A DNA stretch of 64,000 nt from Psammoneis japonica (GCA_008632985.1 QPGO01000055.1:62001-126000); one strand, 5' to 3'; counted from the first letter of the stretch, positions 1-13,029 are shown. The notes: generated by a model from the sequence alone, not told the origin. Numbers and translations are program-made.

Positions 1-5
1 CAGTC

Positions 6-1687
6 TTGCCGTACCGCGAAGCCTGCAAGCTGCCCCACCTGCGCGTCTCACCAATGGGCGTGGTGCCGCAACGCGACCGCCGCCCGCACACCATCGTGGA
101 TTACAGTTTCTACGGTGTCAACGACGAAACCGTGAAACATGCCCCTCCGGAAGCCATGCAATTCGGTCGCGCGCTTGACAGGTTCTTGTGCAATGTCTTC
201 CGCACCAATCCGAAACACGGCCCAGTGCACATGCTGAAACTCGACCTCTCTGACGGTTTCTATCGCGTGGGGCTTCGCCCCCAGGACATGCCCAAGCTTG
301 GGGTGGCCTTCCCAGCAGGCCCGGGCGAGGAACGCTCACAGCGCTACCTCTCGTCCTGCCCATGGGCTGGACGGAGAGTCCACCTTTCTTTTGTGTTGGA
401 ACGGAGACTGCAATCGACTTGGCAAACAACCACGTGCCTGCAGCTTGGGACCCTCCGATTCATCCACTTGAACAAGCGGCAGCCACACCAGCACCCCATG
501 ACGACACCTTGCGGATCGATGTGCCGCCGCCTTCTAATGCAGCCCCAGCTAGCCGCGTCTCACGCCTTCCTTCGCCCGCCGCTCTTCGTCGCAGACGCCA
601 ACGCGGCTCCCAGCCATTGGAGTGCTTCGATGTCTACGCAGACGATGAGATGTGCGCGGCACAAGGTTCAAAAGCGCGTCTCAACAAGTTACGTCGTCGC
701 CTCCTGCATGTCAATGACCAAGTCTTCCGTCCCAACACAACTGCCGATGCACACTGGCGCCGCGAAACTATCTCACTGAAGAAACTCCTCAAAGGAGACG
801 CGTCGTGGTCAATGGTCAAGGTCATTTTGGGCTGGCTCATTGACACCCCAGCGGGTGCCATGCAATTGCTGCCGCATCGACGACAACGCCTCCTGGACAC
901 ACTTGCCGACACCATCCCGCACCGCCGCGTGTCAAACAAGCATTGCCATAAACTCATTGGCGAAGCACGCAGCATGTTGTTGGCGGTTTCTGGCGGTGCC
1001 GGCCTGCTCTCCAATCTCCAGCACTCGCCAGCCACCTCAAGTGACTCCCGCACTCGGATCAACCGTCATGCGCGCCGTCAACTCCAAGACTTGCACGCCC
1101 TGGCCGTCGACATTGCTTCTCGTCCCACAAGGCTTGCCGAGCCATTCCCTGCCGCCGACGGGCACCACTGCGGTGCATGCGATGCCGCCAAGCCAGGTTT
1201 TGGTGGCGTGTTGTCACCAGGCCCCAGTGACGACTTCCCTCCTACAGCATGGCAAGTTCCGCTACCACCGGACCTGCAGGCCGCCATTGTTTCGGACGAC
1301 AACCCCGCTGGAACAATGACCAACTCCGATCTCGAGCTAGCCGGCACAGTGCTTCAAGAAGCCGTCGTCGGCATCGCCATCGATGTCAGGGAACGCACGG
1401 TCCACATGTGCTGTGACAACACCCCGGCCATCTCTCGGCGCGGAAAAGGCTCTGTCACCACCGACGGTCCCGGCGCCGACATGTTGCGGACCGGCAGTCT
1501 CCAACAACGAAAACTCCGACACATCTCCCGCTTCCATTGCATGCCTGGTCCAGCCAATCTCCTCGCCGACATGTGCTCCCGGAAATTCACCACACCCTCT
1601 CACCTCCTTGCAACTCTCACTCGCCTTGCTCCACAGACGAAACCTTGGCAAATGCTTCACCCGCGCCCGACATCGTTTCTTCACTGA
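6..1687 (+). pseudogene. Reverse transcriptase-RNase H of the YR retroelement (frameshift near 340-362)
   Basis: SPMGVVPQ, KLDLSDGFYR, (LP)MGWTESP, VYADD, CDAA..GFGG, NSDLELAG, CDN, PG.AN.LAD..SR motifs spread over ORFs 6..779 and 362..1687. Confidence 0.85.
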
Positions 1688-2819
1688 TCTCCGCCTTGCG
1701 ACGGCAAAGGCCCGCGAAGCTGTCACTGCTGAGCGAGCCCGTGCCACGGACACCGTCTGGGCCAAGTGCTGGTTGCCTTTCTTGTCCGACATCGGAATCG
1801 ACAACCCTCTCCTCACCAGCGTCCAAGACAAAATCCCAATGCTCTGAGTCTTTGCCCATCGCCTTGGGGATGGATGCCTCAGCCGCAGCGGTGACCCAAT
1901 CTCAGCTCCGCATGTTCGTGACGAAGTCCTTCACGTCGCGGAGACGTTCACCGAACTGGGTGCCCCGGACCCGCGTCCAATGCCACACGGCATGATGGAC
2001 CCTCGCCTCACTCGCCTGTGCAGTGCATGCTCAAAAGACGATCCACCTCCGAACCGAGTCAAGCCTCTCCCGATTCAAACAGTGCACCACGCACAAGCCC
2101 TCGTCGATGAATCTTCCGCGCTCGACAACGCTGTCATCGACATGTCCTGGATTGGCCTCTTCTATCTCTTGCGACCTGGCGAGCATTGCAAAAGCAAGGA
2201 CAATGACCCCTTGGCACTAGCTGACATCAAACTGCTCGTCGGACAACGAGCTCTCGACCACTTGACCTGTCCCTTGCGACACCTCTTCCTCGCTGCACAC
2301 AGCAGCATCACCTTCGACACCCAGAAGAACCGGGAGTGCGGTGAGACGGCAGGTCACGCCTGAAGCTCCCACTCAAAAGCCTGCCCGGTTCTCGCCATCG
2401 CTCGCCATGTACACTGTCTACGTTCGAACGGCGCCAATGCTAACACCCCCCTGTGTGCCATGCGCCTCGGCACGCGTTGGGGTCATGTCACCAGCCGCGC
2501 CATTGCCAAGATGCTCCAAGTGTCGGCTGCCGCCCTGCCACACCTCGGATTCCTGCCAAAAGACGTCACAGCCCGCAGCCTCCGCGCCAGTGGCGCCATG
2601 GCCCTGCTGTGCGCCAAAGCAGACACCGACATCATCCGTCTCGTCGGCCGTTGGAAATCCGACGCTGTGTTTCGATGCCTTCACGCTCAAGCGTTGCCAC
2701 CAATCGCAGGACTCTCCACCAAGATCCTGAACTGCAGAAATTTCACGTTGCTCCCGGGGTCCGATGTCCCCCCCGTTGCGCAAAACATCATCAATCAAGC
2801 CGAAGCACCCGCCAACTGA
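1683..2819 (+). pseudogene. Tyrosine recombinase with two in-frame TGA stops (1845, 2361) and the catalytic Tyr replaced by Cys
   Basis: LFYLLRPGE(H), FDTQKN, RSLRASGA, GRWKSDAVFR(C); ORFs 1383.., 1980.. and 2460.. share one frame. Confidence 0.85.
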
Positions 2820-2932
2820 CGAGTGCACGACTTCACCCACCCTCAGCTCCGCTTCTGGCCCATCCCCTTCTTCCTTGTCGGCCCTCCAAGAGTGGCGGAT
2901 CGGAGGCGGTCTCGGTTGCGGGTGAGCCTGTG

Positions 2933-3028
2933 GAGGGCAAGAAACCCTGGTAAAGCGCTGACACCACCAACTGCCACCTCCCAACTACAGTGGGACGCAC
3001 CCCCCAGCAGCATTGGTGGCGAACAGCC
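2933..3028 (+). repeat. Direct repeat copy 1 (96 bp) of the YR element
   Basis: Aligns without gaps to 3437-3532. Confidence 0.9.
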
Positions 3029-3144
3029 GTTTTGGCAGCGCAGGGGGAAGGACAGACGCACCCACCTCCCAACGCACGCAGCCTTGAACGACCTGAATGC
3101 CAGCGGCATTCTTTGCAACTCGTCGCCACCTGTCGAGGCCGCAG

Positions 3145-3436
3145 NNNNNNNNNNNNNNNNNNNNNNNNNNNNNNNNNNNNNNNNNNNNNNNNNNNNNNNN
3201 NNNNNNNNNNNNNNNNNNNNNNNNNNNNNNNNNNNNNNNNNNNNNNNNNNNNNNNNNNNNNNNNNNNNNNNNNNNNNNNNNNNNNNNNNNNNNNNNNNNN
3301 NNNNNNNNNNNNNNNNNNNNNNNNNNNNNNNNNNNNNNNNNNNNNNNNNNNNNNNNNNNNNNNNNNNNNNNNNNNNNNNNNNNNNNNNNNNNNNNNNNNN
3401 NNNNNNNNNNNNNNNNNNNNNNNNNNNNNNNNNNNN
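3145..3436. other. Assembly gap (N run)
   Basis: Run of N. Confidence 1.
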
Positions 3437-3532
3437 GAGGGCAAGAAACCCCAGCAAAGCGCTGACACCACCAACTACCACCTCCTAACTATAGTGGGAC
3501 GCACCCCCCAGCAGCGTTGGTGGCGAATAGCC
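3437..3532 (+). repeat. Direct repeat copy 2, probable 3' terminus of the YR element
   Basis: Aligns to 2933-3028; unique sequence follows. Confidence 0.85.
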
Positions 3533-3870
3533 ATGAGTGGTCAATGAATGAAGGGTGAAGATTGAGAGTTCGCAAAAGAGCTCGCGCCAGGGAAAATTCA
3601 AAATTTCAAAATGAAAAGAGTAAAAATTCAAAATGACAAAATCGGATTGGATTTTTCCAAACTTTGGGGCAACGACAGACGCGGCATGACATCGAAAAGA
3701 AAATCTGAAATTGAATGATGATTGATGCCATGGCACCACGCCGTCGTCTCTCTACCGGTAGATACAAAGGCATATCGAGCAATCAACGGCGACATTAACT
3801 CATCACGAGAAATGAACCTTTCAAAATGACCAGATGTCTGAGTCAAATTTCACCGCAATGTCGCAAAAGG

Positions 3871-5433
3871 ATGCTAAAAGTATTTTCAATCCTTTGCTTT
3901 TTTGCTCTCATTGAGAAGGCGAGAGCTTTCTCGCATGGCGAATGCTTTACACATCAACCGAGGCCATTTCTCACAACTCTTCGAAATGATCTGAAAATTT
4001 ACACAAAAGTTCAGAGGACCGGTTGCTCGTATCTCTGTGCTACTACAAAAAACTCAAAGAATAACGAAAACAGAGACAAAACAACCTTATTCGGTTTTCC
4101 AAGAGAAACAGTTGCTACACCTCTCGCAATTCTATTGACATCACAGTTTATTCTATTTATTGGCGTCGGAGCAGTGATTCCATCGATTCCACTCTATGGT
4201 AAAGAGATTGGTTTGAGCAGCGCTGCCAATGGTGTGGTCATTTCAGCTCCGGCGGTGGCACTCTTGCTTTGTGCCAAACTCGGAGGGAACTTTGCAGACA
4301 AGGCACGAAAGCCTGCCATGTTGATTGGAATGGCTGTGATTGCCGCATCCGATGTCGGGACAGCCTTGTCGACTGGAATGGTGACTCTTGTTCTTGCTCG
4401 TTTGGGATTGGGGCTCGGACGGTGTGTTTCGGAAGCCGGAGAGCGGGGCATGCTTGCCGACTTGGCTGGACAAGCACCGGATTTGCGGGGGAGAGCGTTG
4501 GCGGCGCAACAAGCTGTTGTAGCACTTGGAATTGCGATTGGAGCGCCATTGGGTGGGATGGTTGTAGAAACATACGGACCGAGAGCCTCCTTTCTTTGCG
4601 TGAGCGCCGCAGCAATAGTTACACTTTTGTTGTATCTGCTGTTACCTGAGACTGTAGCTTTTGTAGTAAACGGTGTTGGTGTAACAGAAGAGGACTCGAG
4701 CACGGCTCGTACAGAAGCGGCACTGCTGGTTCCAGCAGAAGCAGTGGACACAACTCGAGAAACGTCCTCTTCTGGTGAATGGCAAGAGTTGCTCTCGAAA
4801 CAACAATGGAGGGGGCTCGCGCTCTGTCAGTGTGGCACCAGCTTTGGTTTTGCGGCAAAAATTTCAAGTATACCAGTTCTTGCCACTGCAACATTACCGG
4901 GAGGTGCCACTGGCGCCGGTGCACTTCTCTCGGCTGCGGGCCTAAGTGGTCTCGTCGGTGCACCAATCGGAGGTTGGCTAACAGATCGAACCAGTGCAAA
5001 GGCAACCGCAGTTGTCAGCGGTATGGTCAGTGCGGCAGGGCTTCTTCTCATTCCAGCTTCACTTGGTCTGTCTCCAGACAAAGATGGAGGCATGGCCTTT
5101 GATATACTTGGCGGAAGCATGGGAGCTCAGGCACTGGCATTCTCCGCTGTTGTGTTGTTGTGGAGTCTTGGAGCATCTGCACAAGGACCGGCTCTGACAG
5201 CCCTTGCACAGGAACTCGCTCCTCCCGGGGCCGAGGCAACAGCCATGGCGCTTCCACGGGCTGCTGGAGATGGCACCTATATTGTTGCTCCCTTTTTACT
5301 TGGGGTTGCGACAGACGTATTTGTTGGTACACCCGGCGTCGAATGTGCTGCGGCAGGCTGCATGATGCTCGTTGGAATTCTTGCACTCTTTCTGCTCAAA
5401 GACGATAACTCCATTGATGACAGAATGGGTTGA
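3871..5433 (+). CDS. Major facilitator superfamily transporter, probably plastid-targeted
   Basis: Many hydrophobic segments, motif-A-like GGNFADKARK and GGWLTDRTSAK; N-terminus MLKVFSILCFFALIEKARA-F resembles a signal peptide followed by Phe. Confidence 0.85.
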   Translation: MLKVFSILCFFALIEKARAFSHGECFTHQPRPFLTTLRNDLKIYTKVQRTGCSYLCATTKNSKNNENRDKTTLFGFPRETVATPLAILLTSQFILFIGVGAVIPSIPLYGKEIGLSSAANGVVISAPAVALLLCAKLGGNFADKARKPAMLIGMAVIAASDVGTALSTGMVTLVLARLGLGLGRCVSEAGERGMLADLAGQAPDLRGRALAAQQAVVALGIAIGAPLGGMVVETYGPRASFLCVSAAAIVTLLLYLLLPETVAFVVNGVGVTEEDSSTARTEAALLVPAEAVDTTRETSSSGEWQELLSKQQWRGLALCQCGTSFGFAAKISSIPVLATATLPGGATGAGALLSAAGLSGLVGAPIGGWLTDRTSAKATAVVSGMVSAAGLLLIPASLGLSPDKDGGMAFDILGGSMGAQALAFSAVVLLWSLGASAQGPALTALAQELAPPGAEATAMALPRAAGDGTYIVAPFLLGVATDVFVGTPGVECAAAGCMMLVGILALFLLKDDNSIDDRMG

Positions 5434-5879
5434 CGAACCGACAGGAGTCCGGTCTGACTTGCATCGAAACAACTCGGGGCACTCAGGCCTAGAGGACACC
5501 CTCAAGTCTCGACGTCTTCAACATAAGAACGCTACTTAAAAATTTAGAACCCTGGCTAAGCTATATACTCGCCAGGTCGACTTGTAAATGAAGTACTTTT
5601 TGTGGTGGCTCTTGAAGGAGTCGAAAGGGGTAAAGGGCGCCCATAAGCCTCTCGTCTTGATGGCTACGGGTTGCTGCTACAGCACCTGCGCATTTCTTCT
5701 TTGCGTTAAGATTGATGCACTTGAAAGTTCGCGCAATCAAGCATACAGATCGAAGTCTGCCGCGCTGTCGTACCAGTGTGAGGCATGTCACGAACGTGAT
5801 TATACATGTAAATGTCACGTTGACATGCCCTGTCTGAGCAACAGTGCTGAAGATTCTGTGGGGCCTTGCCAGATTGTAC

Positions 5880-8800
5880 AAACAAAGACGAGGCACACAA
5901 AGTCCGTGTTCATCTTCATGTCGATCCACACTCGCATCTGAGGTCAAGAACAGCATGACGAGCCATGTGATGAATTCCCCACAGCCAAACAACCAGTTTC
6001 TTCCATCTTCTTTCTTTGCTTCAGAGTTCAAACTTGGTCATCCCACATGTTGTCCTTGTTGTGATGTTGTTGGCACAAGGACAGAATTTCAACTTTTTTC
6101 CGTGATGCACCAGGTCCTTTTTGCTTGCATCTTTTCATGTTCCTCGTCATTTTAGATCTTTTTGTGCAATGGTGTTCTTCAGGGAAAAGCAGTGCACAAA
6201 CCACGCCATTTTCACTTCATGAATCACTTGGCTCTGGCCATCAATGTGACCAATGGCATCAGTGTTCTCTTCAAATTGGCAATGGAGTTGCATGGCACAA
6301 GTGTGGAAGGCGGTGAAACAGTGCTGCAAGATGAGTCAGCTCAAAGATTGCTGCCCAGACATGCTTCAATGAGGTTGAATGAAATGCACAACAAAAAGAT
6401 GTGGCCAAGTGAAGGTTGTGACAATGACTGAAAGCCCCAAAATCACCACAGTGTCAAATTGAAGTGTGGCATGAAGTCAAAGTGTGTCTTGTGTTGGCGC
6501 CATTTTCAGCTGCAAGAAAAAGAGCAGAGAGCAAGCCAGAACAATGCTCAGCCCTCAGCTGCACATTGTGGACACTGGGTGGGACTTTCAACTTGACCAG
6601 AGCTTGATGCTGCAGTGCATCTTTGCAATTCCATCCAAAGTCTGCTGTGCCACATTTTTCAGATCACTTTTCCATCCATTTTTTGTTGGGGGGGGGTCCT
6701 CTGGCTGATGCCAAAACAACACTTCAATCTGCAAATTGCCATGGTGCGGACTGCAGAGGCATGGGCAAAAGATGCCACAGCTGTGGTGGGGCCATGAACG
6801 CCAGCCCTGCAGTGACCCTTGAGCCTTCTGACTTCATCAGCAGCACTGGGTTGGGTGGCGCTGAGCCTTGAGAAGTCAAAAACAGGGGCCTTTTCCCAGT
6901 GCCAAAAACAAAACAGCTCTCAACCACAGCATGTCAAGCTCAATGAAGCTGCCCACCCAAAGCTTTTGCAATGCTTGAGAAAAGGCATCTTGGTTGCTTG
7001 AATGTCGCGATTTGTTGGTCATGTTGCAGTGCACCCAAAGCAGATTTTGCTCACATTGGCAGCAACAAGAACTGCTGCACCATCTCCACCAGTTTCTGGT
7101 TTTGTCCTTTGTCCAAGTGCAGCAAGACAAGCCAAGGATGCAAGTCTTTTCCACAGTGCCAGAGCCACTGGGAGACTCAAGAGGGCACGTCAAGGATGCT
7201 GACTGGGCACAAAGGTGGGAGAATGTCAGCATCTCAAACAAATCAAGGCCAACCTTCCAACTTTTCACATTTTTGTGCTCATGGAAGGCAGGCAGTGCTG
7301 CTCTTCAGAGGCACCCATGTGTTGGAGCTGTTGATGGTCACCCATCTCTTGTCAAGAAGCACGTGGTTGTGAATCTCCTTCTGAAGTTGCTTTTTTCCAA
7401 ACTTTGATGACCAGCCAACAGGCAACCACATGCCAGCAGAGAAGTCAGGTGGCTGCACTTTTTTGGTTGTCCTGCAAAAGGGCAGCAAGACAACATTGCC
7501 AATGCCAGGAACATTTTGTCAACACTTGCTGCAAAATCATGGGCAAAATCAGTGCTGCGTGCCAAAGCCAAGAGGAAAAGCTGTGGCCTCTTGGTGAAAA
7601 GGCATGAGTGGAAGCTGATGCTGGTGGCAGAGGCGCATGTGTTCCTTGCGGTGGCAGCATGACATGAGCTTTTGTGTCTGGAGGATGCAGCAACAGCAGG
7701 TGCAAGAAATTGGTTGGCAATGAGTGTTGAAAAGTTGGTGGCTGGGAGTTTGGCAAGGTTGGTGCCAAAACAGTGGAGGAGAAACATGTCTGGTTTTCAT
7801 TCTTGTGTGGTGTTGAGCAACCTGGGCAAGGTTGCCATGGAGTCATGACAAGCCAGAGAGATTTTGTGCAACAATCTGGGAGTGGATGATGTTTGTGCTT
7901 TTTTTCTGTTTTGACTGCAAACAGGTCAGCTGATGATGTTGTGCCTGCAGACACAGTGCTGCATCATGAGCGCCAGCATTGCCACCAACTTTGACAGCTC
8001 ACATCATCTGTCTGGATGTGAGCATCACATTGCTGTTTCCATCACTGGGTGTTGCTGTGCATGGCAAGGATGATGATGCCACACATGAAATTTGGAGCTT
8101 TGGTGGCTGGCAAAACAAGGGCACTGTGCACCAGCCAGTTGGGCACATGTCAAAATCAGCCAAACAACAATCCAAAGTTTTCCATTTTCTGTTTGCCAGT
8201 GGCTTGCATGCTGTTGCACACCTGCAATGTTCGTGCTGTTCCTCTGCCAGCTGACCATCTGGCCACTGGTTGACCAGATGCAGGAGCTTCTTCAGCTTGC
8301 ACTTCTCTTTCACTGAAAAATCTTTCTTTTCCTCCTGCAGCATGAACTGTTGCAAACACATGTGTCAGCCTCAAGTCTCTTGAGTGCCAGTGCCTCTCCC
8401 ACCCTCACAGCTGTGCTGCATCAGTGTGTGTGGCTTTTGCAGTGTGGGGGCACATTTTTGCATTTTTCTCCTGTGCTTCCAGCCACGTGTGAATCTCCAA
8501 GCCGTGTGCACAAAACAACATTTGTGTGATTTTGACATGGTCGCTGACTTGCAGATTCATCCAGATGTCCATGCTCTGTTGTGTTTTTTTTTTTTTGTGT
8601 GATCAAAGTTTTTCGTGGCGACAAATGAGCGGCAACACAACGGGCGATGTTGAAGATTTGAACACATCAAATGTTTGTGTGTGCCAGCATGAAATGTTTG
8701 CTTGCAATGTCATTCAGAAGGCATTCTGCCTGCAAAGACTTCACTGGATCTAATGGGCTGTTGTGAGGACTCTTTGGCGCAACCGAAAAAAAATGTTTGA

Positions 8801-9290
8801 CTGCACCCACACTCCTGAAACACTTGCAAAAGCCCACCTGCACAAGCATCTTTCATGAGAATGCTGCACACATGAAGAACGCTCAATTTTTGCTCAAAAG
8901 AGGTTGTTGTTTTGTGCATTGCCTGGGGCTGGAGCGTGTCGCTCGCCGTCTTTGCAGCACTGATCTGTGTCATCATGTGTGCCGCTGTGCCGCACAGCAG
9001 GCCAGCGCGCCAATGATTGGCGTGGTGCTTGGTTTGCTCTGCATGCCTGATGGCAGATGGTTTGTTGCACAGTGTCTTTTGTCACACCTCAATCTCTTGT
9101 TGCAGGCAGGGCCAAGGTGCTTCATTTTCACAGGGAGCGAAGTCCTCTGACGAAAAAGTTGGCTGACAAGTGGCAAGGAAAAAGTGCAGCGGCTGTCATT
9201 GCAGCACTGCTTGCGCCTTCGACTGTGTGATTGATGTGTGACCACTGTGACACAACATGTGTCTCACAGCATTGTTGATGAGACGTGTGG
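5880..9290. other. TpA- and CpG-depleted degenerate block, probable old transposon relic (family not recognised)
   Basis: Almost no TA and few CG, excess TG/CA, many short Cys/His-rich spurious ORFs; boundaries approximate. Confidence 0.6.
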
Positions 9291-9836
9291 GGTCCCAGCT
9301 AGAGTGTGAGGCCATCAACGCTCTACAGCAAACAATGGACACATTGGGTCGGATTGGACTCAGAACATTGATTCCCACGCGAAAATGACAGATTCGTTGC
9401 TCTGATCGGCACTTGTACAAAGACATTGACACTAATTAGAAAATGTCAAAAGACATATTATGATGAAAAAGCTGTCATATTGGCATTTGCTTAATGACCA
9501 ACTAGTTTATTTTCTATCTTCAGCCCCGACAAATTAATACCATGTTACTATCAGAGGTTGTTTGTGTGTGCCAACAAATCGATGCCAACTCCGATTGCCT
9601 CGTTAACTAGAGGCTAAACAAATTAACCGTTTCGGTTCAAACAACCATGTGTATCGCTTTCCGACTCCGATTTTTGGCAGACACTCTGCCAGTCAACAGC
9701 CCACTTCTCTTGCCGCAACCGTAGAAAACCACGAGCTCCCACCAAGACACCTTTTTTGATATTTTCGAAACAACAACGTCGTTGATGAGGTGCAACAGCA
9801 ACAGAAGATCTCACTTCGCACTCTCCGACTGCTACT

Positions 9837-10698
9837 ATGGCTGTGGCATTATCGTACGAGACACACCTAACGTATAACGAATCATATGTGAGTTTTATTG
9901 TGATGAATGCGTGGGAGCCAGTAAGATTTGGTCATAATGCGTCTGTTGTTAATGGATTGCATCGACGGTAACGAATGTGTATGCTTATTCTATTGTTGTT
10001 TCTGAAGATCCTTTCAGAATTCTAGATCAGCTATGACATCCTCCTACAATAGCGAGTATGCCAAGATCTTTGAAGCTGATGACACGTTTGAAGCTCTTAT
10101 GCAAATGCAGCGGCGCTTCCTCCGTCAAATCAAACAAGAGCAGCAACGAGAGCTCGAATTGCAAGCGTCTACCGCAAGGAGTCTCGGTTCTGTTGTAACA
10201 ACCAATGTTGTGGCTGTAGACGCCACTCCTCATACAGCCGAGTGGAAGTCCACAAGTGTCTTTCCCGCGAGAGACATTGCGGGTACCACGAAGCGACCGC
10301 TCGATATCACTCCGCCTGTTACCGGTACTTCCAGCAAGAGGGAGGAAGAAGAACCCGACCCCAAAAAGATGCGCACCTTCAGCAAATTCGATTTCGATGA
10401 GATATACTTTTCGCTCTTTGAGCCGGAAGGCGAGAAGGAAAGAGACATCGAACAAGAGCAAGGCAAGCCGCCGGCTGCCGAGCAACCTCTTCTACAACCA
10501 TCAGAGGAGGGCCGGGATGACGACAGCGGCAGCTTATCCATAACTTCAATTTTTCGCCAAGAGGATCAGCCAAATGATGTAATGCAAACCACTAATCTTC
10601 TTCCCGTCCGTTCACTCCAGCACCCTTTATACCAACTTGCCCATGTCGTTGCAACTGCAACACTTGACAGCTGCCAACGACATGTACATGGGCTGTAA
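9837..10698 (+). CDS. Hypothetical protein; possible exons 9837-9887 and 10018-10698
   Basis: 221-aa ORF with normal composition; GTGAGT donor at 9888 and TTTCAG acceptor at 10017 join in frame; 3' end uncertain. Confidence 0.5.
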
Positions 10699-10939
10699 TT
10701 TATTACCATCGCCCTCTCACCATACATCTATACACAAAACTGTAAATACCTAAAAGGAGAAAATGCCACTTGCAGCGTTGGTGCCATGCCAAACTTCATA
10801 GCATATAGCAGAAGGTAGCGCGAAATGAGTCGGCACCAGCGACGGTTTCAATTGATGGAGTATGCACTTTTCAGACAAGATAACTTCGTCTTACCTCATA
10901 AGCCGTCGTGACCAGCGGAAGCATCCAGTGCTTTTACTC

Positions 10940-13029
10940 CTATCCACTAATAGCTGCTGGTGAACCCACGTTACTCCAATTCTCAATAGCTGCTACAAAA
11001 ACTTCAGGTTCTGCCCATGCCCAAAACAAGTCTGTCAGTTTCATGGTGGCTTCGTCCCATTTCTCTTTGGACTTTTTCAGTAAGAGCCAGGGTGCCGTCA
11101 CCATGGCGAGACCACCCACGGCCAACGCGGGCACCAATACAACATGAGCTGCGGCTACACTGAGCGTAATGGCGGTGGCGGACTTGGCATTGCCAATCGC
11201 GGTTGAATGCAAAAAGACTGCGGTCTGGAGAGTATTCCATCTACCCGTTTTACAGAATACGGCAATGCATTCCGAGTTGGAATGGAACACATGGTACGGT
11301 GGAAGGATTTCTTCTCCGAATTCAAGCAAGAAATTGGCACGGGCCAACACAATCTTAACCGGGTCCGATTTGGGGAGCTTGGACGACTCGTCGGCCGTTG
11401 GTAAGTCATTGTATTCCAGTGCAAACACTGGCGGTCTCGCCAACTCGTGATCCCATTCTTCGTCTTGCAAGGACGACTCCCCGTTGTCTTGATGAAACCA
11501 CTCGGGGTCGCGCAATTTGAACGATTCGACGGATGCTCTGTCTCCCTTCCAGGCCTTGTAGGGCGACGCTGACTTTGATTCTTCCATCTTGGCTTCACTA
11601 TCGTCGACGTTTGCATTCTGAACACTCCCGTTGTCATCTTCGTCTCCGTCCTCTGATTTTGTCTCGTTGTACGTGTTGATGTACTCCATTGCTTCTTGCA
11701 ACTCCCGTTTTGCATCGGCTTCGCTAAACGCGTGAGGCGTAGATACGGTTTTGCTTGACTTTCGAAAGAGCGAAGTAAGTTTATTTCCCTTTTTCGAAAA
11801 GAGGTTGCGCCCATAATTGATCTTGGACCACTTGCGAATCTCCTTGGGGTCCGTCAGGGCAATGACATTGAGTCGCTGCTTCTGGTGCGTCGGCTTCATC
11901 TTGTTCCACGTTTGCATTACAAAATCGTGGCTCTCTTCCTTCTCCTTGGTTTCTTCGTTTGATGTCGACGTTCCAGCCTTTCCATAGGACGTGAGTCCAA
12001 AGTCGGCAATGATTACACATTTCTTCCAGCTTCCAACACAATGCCGTGAATTTGAATCGGGTATACAATTGGAAGCATTTCCCAACGAATCACATGATCC
12101 CCGGCTTCAAAGTTGTGTTCCTTACCACCAGGTCCTGCCGCTGACGAAATGACATCCGCCAGTGCAGCAAGCCATTCGATTTGTACGGATTGGGATTCAA
12201 AGCAGAGCTTCCAATGAACGTCTCCGGGGATCTTGACGTCAATCTCATACGGAGTGGGACACGCACCAGTGCTGCCCGTGTTGTCTTCGGAGGCTTCTAC
12301 AAACGCACCTTCCTGACTAAGATCAATAACACCCCGGGGAGTAGCTGTAGTAGACGATGTGGTGGGGTTATGGAAGGCTGCCTCGTGCTCCGCCTGTGCA
12401 ACCGCCTGCTCCAACCACTCCGGTGGTACTTCTGAACTGGTTTCAGCAGTCGAAGCAGTCGTTTCATCTTGTTCCTGAGAAAGCGACAAGTCTTGCTTCA
12501 TTGCAAACGCCTCTTTCTCCTCGGGTGTCAGTCTAAAGTAGTAAACCTTGCTTCCGACCAGAACGAGTCGTCTCCGCTCCCACGGGTGACTTACAGAAAA
12601 CTTGCCCATCCCGGATCGGCGTTTCCAACAAAAGTTTGTTAAGCGGATTTTTTCCTCTTCCTCCTCGGTAGAATCCACGCCATGATTAGCTGTAATTGCA
12701 TGACGATTCTCGAATGAATCTTCCAGTTCTTGTTCTGGCTGCTTTTTTTCTTCGGCATCCGTGGCTGCGTCAGTATGCTTTTCTGAATTATTGCTCTTGA
12801 GGAGTTGCGGAGACGCTTCAGGAATGCCTGCTTCGCCCCACATTTCCAGTTCAAAGTCGTTACTTGGCAGCGTCACAGTTGCCGTGGCCCATAGCACTTG
12901 ATCGTCTCGTGACGACGTGGGCATCTTTTGCATGGAAGACGACAGCGGCAAAGGAGACGGGTTCATGGTGTGCGGCCACCGAACATGCCGTTTGTGCGTG
13001 GACGACGATGATTCTTCACGAGCAGTCAT
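10940..13029 (-). CDS. PH-domain + LRAT-like (NlpC/P60 permuted) protein, with an apparent 1-nt frameshift near 12020
   Basis: PH-like WKRRSG..PWERRRLVL..YYF..WLAAL; LRAT-like GDHVIRW..HGIV, YHVFHSNSECIAVFCKTG, then a hydrophobic tail; the two ORFs abut in different frames. Confidence 0.7.

Larger units (their letters stand above)
1..3532 (+). mobile_element. Tyrosine-recombinase retrotransposon (Ngaro/DIRS-like), 5' part outside window, degenerate
   Basis: RT, RNase H and YR motifs in order on one strand; two 96-bp direct repeats at the 3' end, as in split-direct-repeat elements. Confidence 0.85.

Noticed and set aside
2823..3547. ORFs spanning the N run
   Set aside because: Artefacts of translating through the assembly gap.
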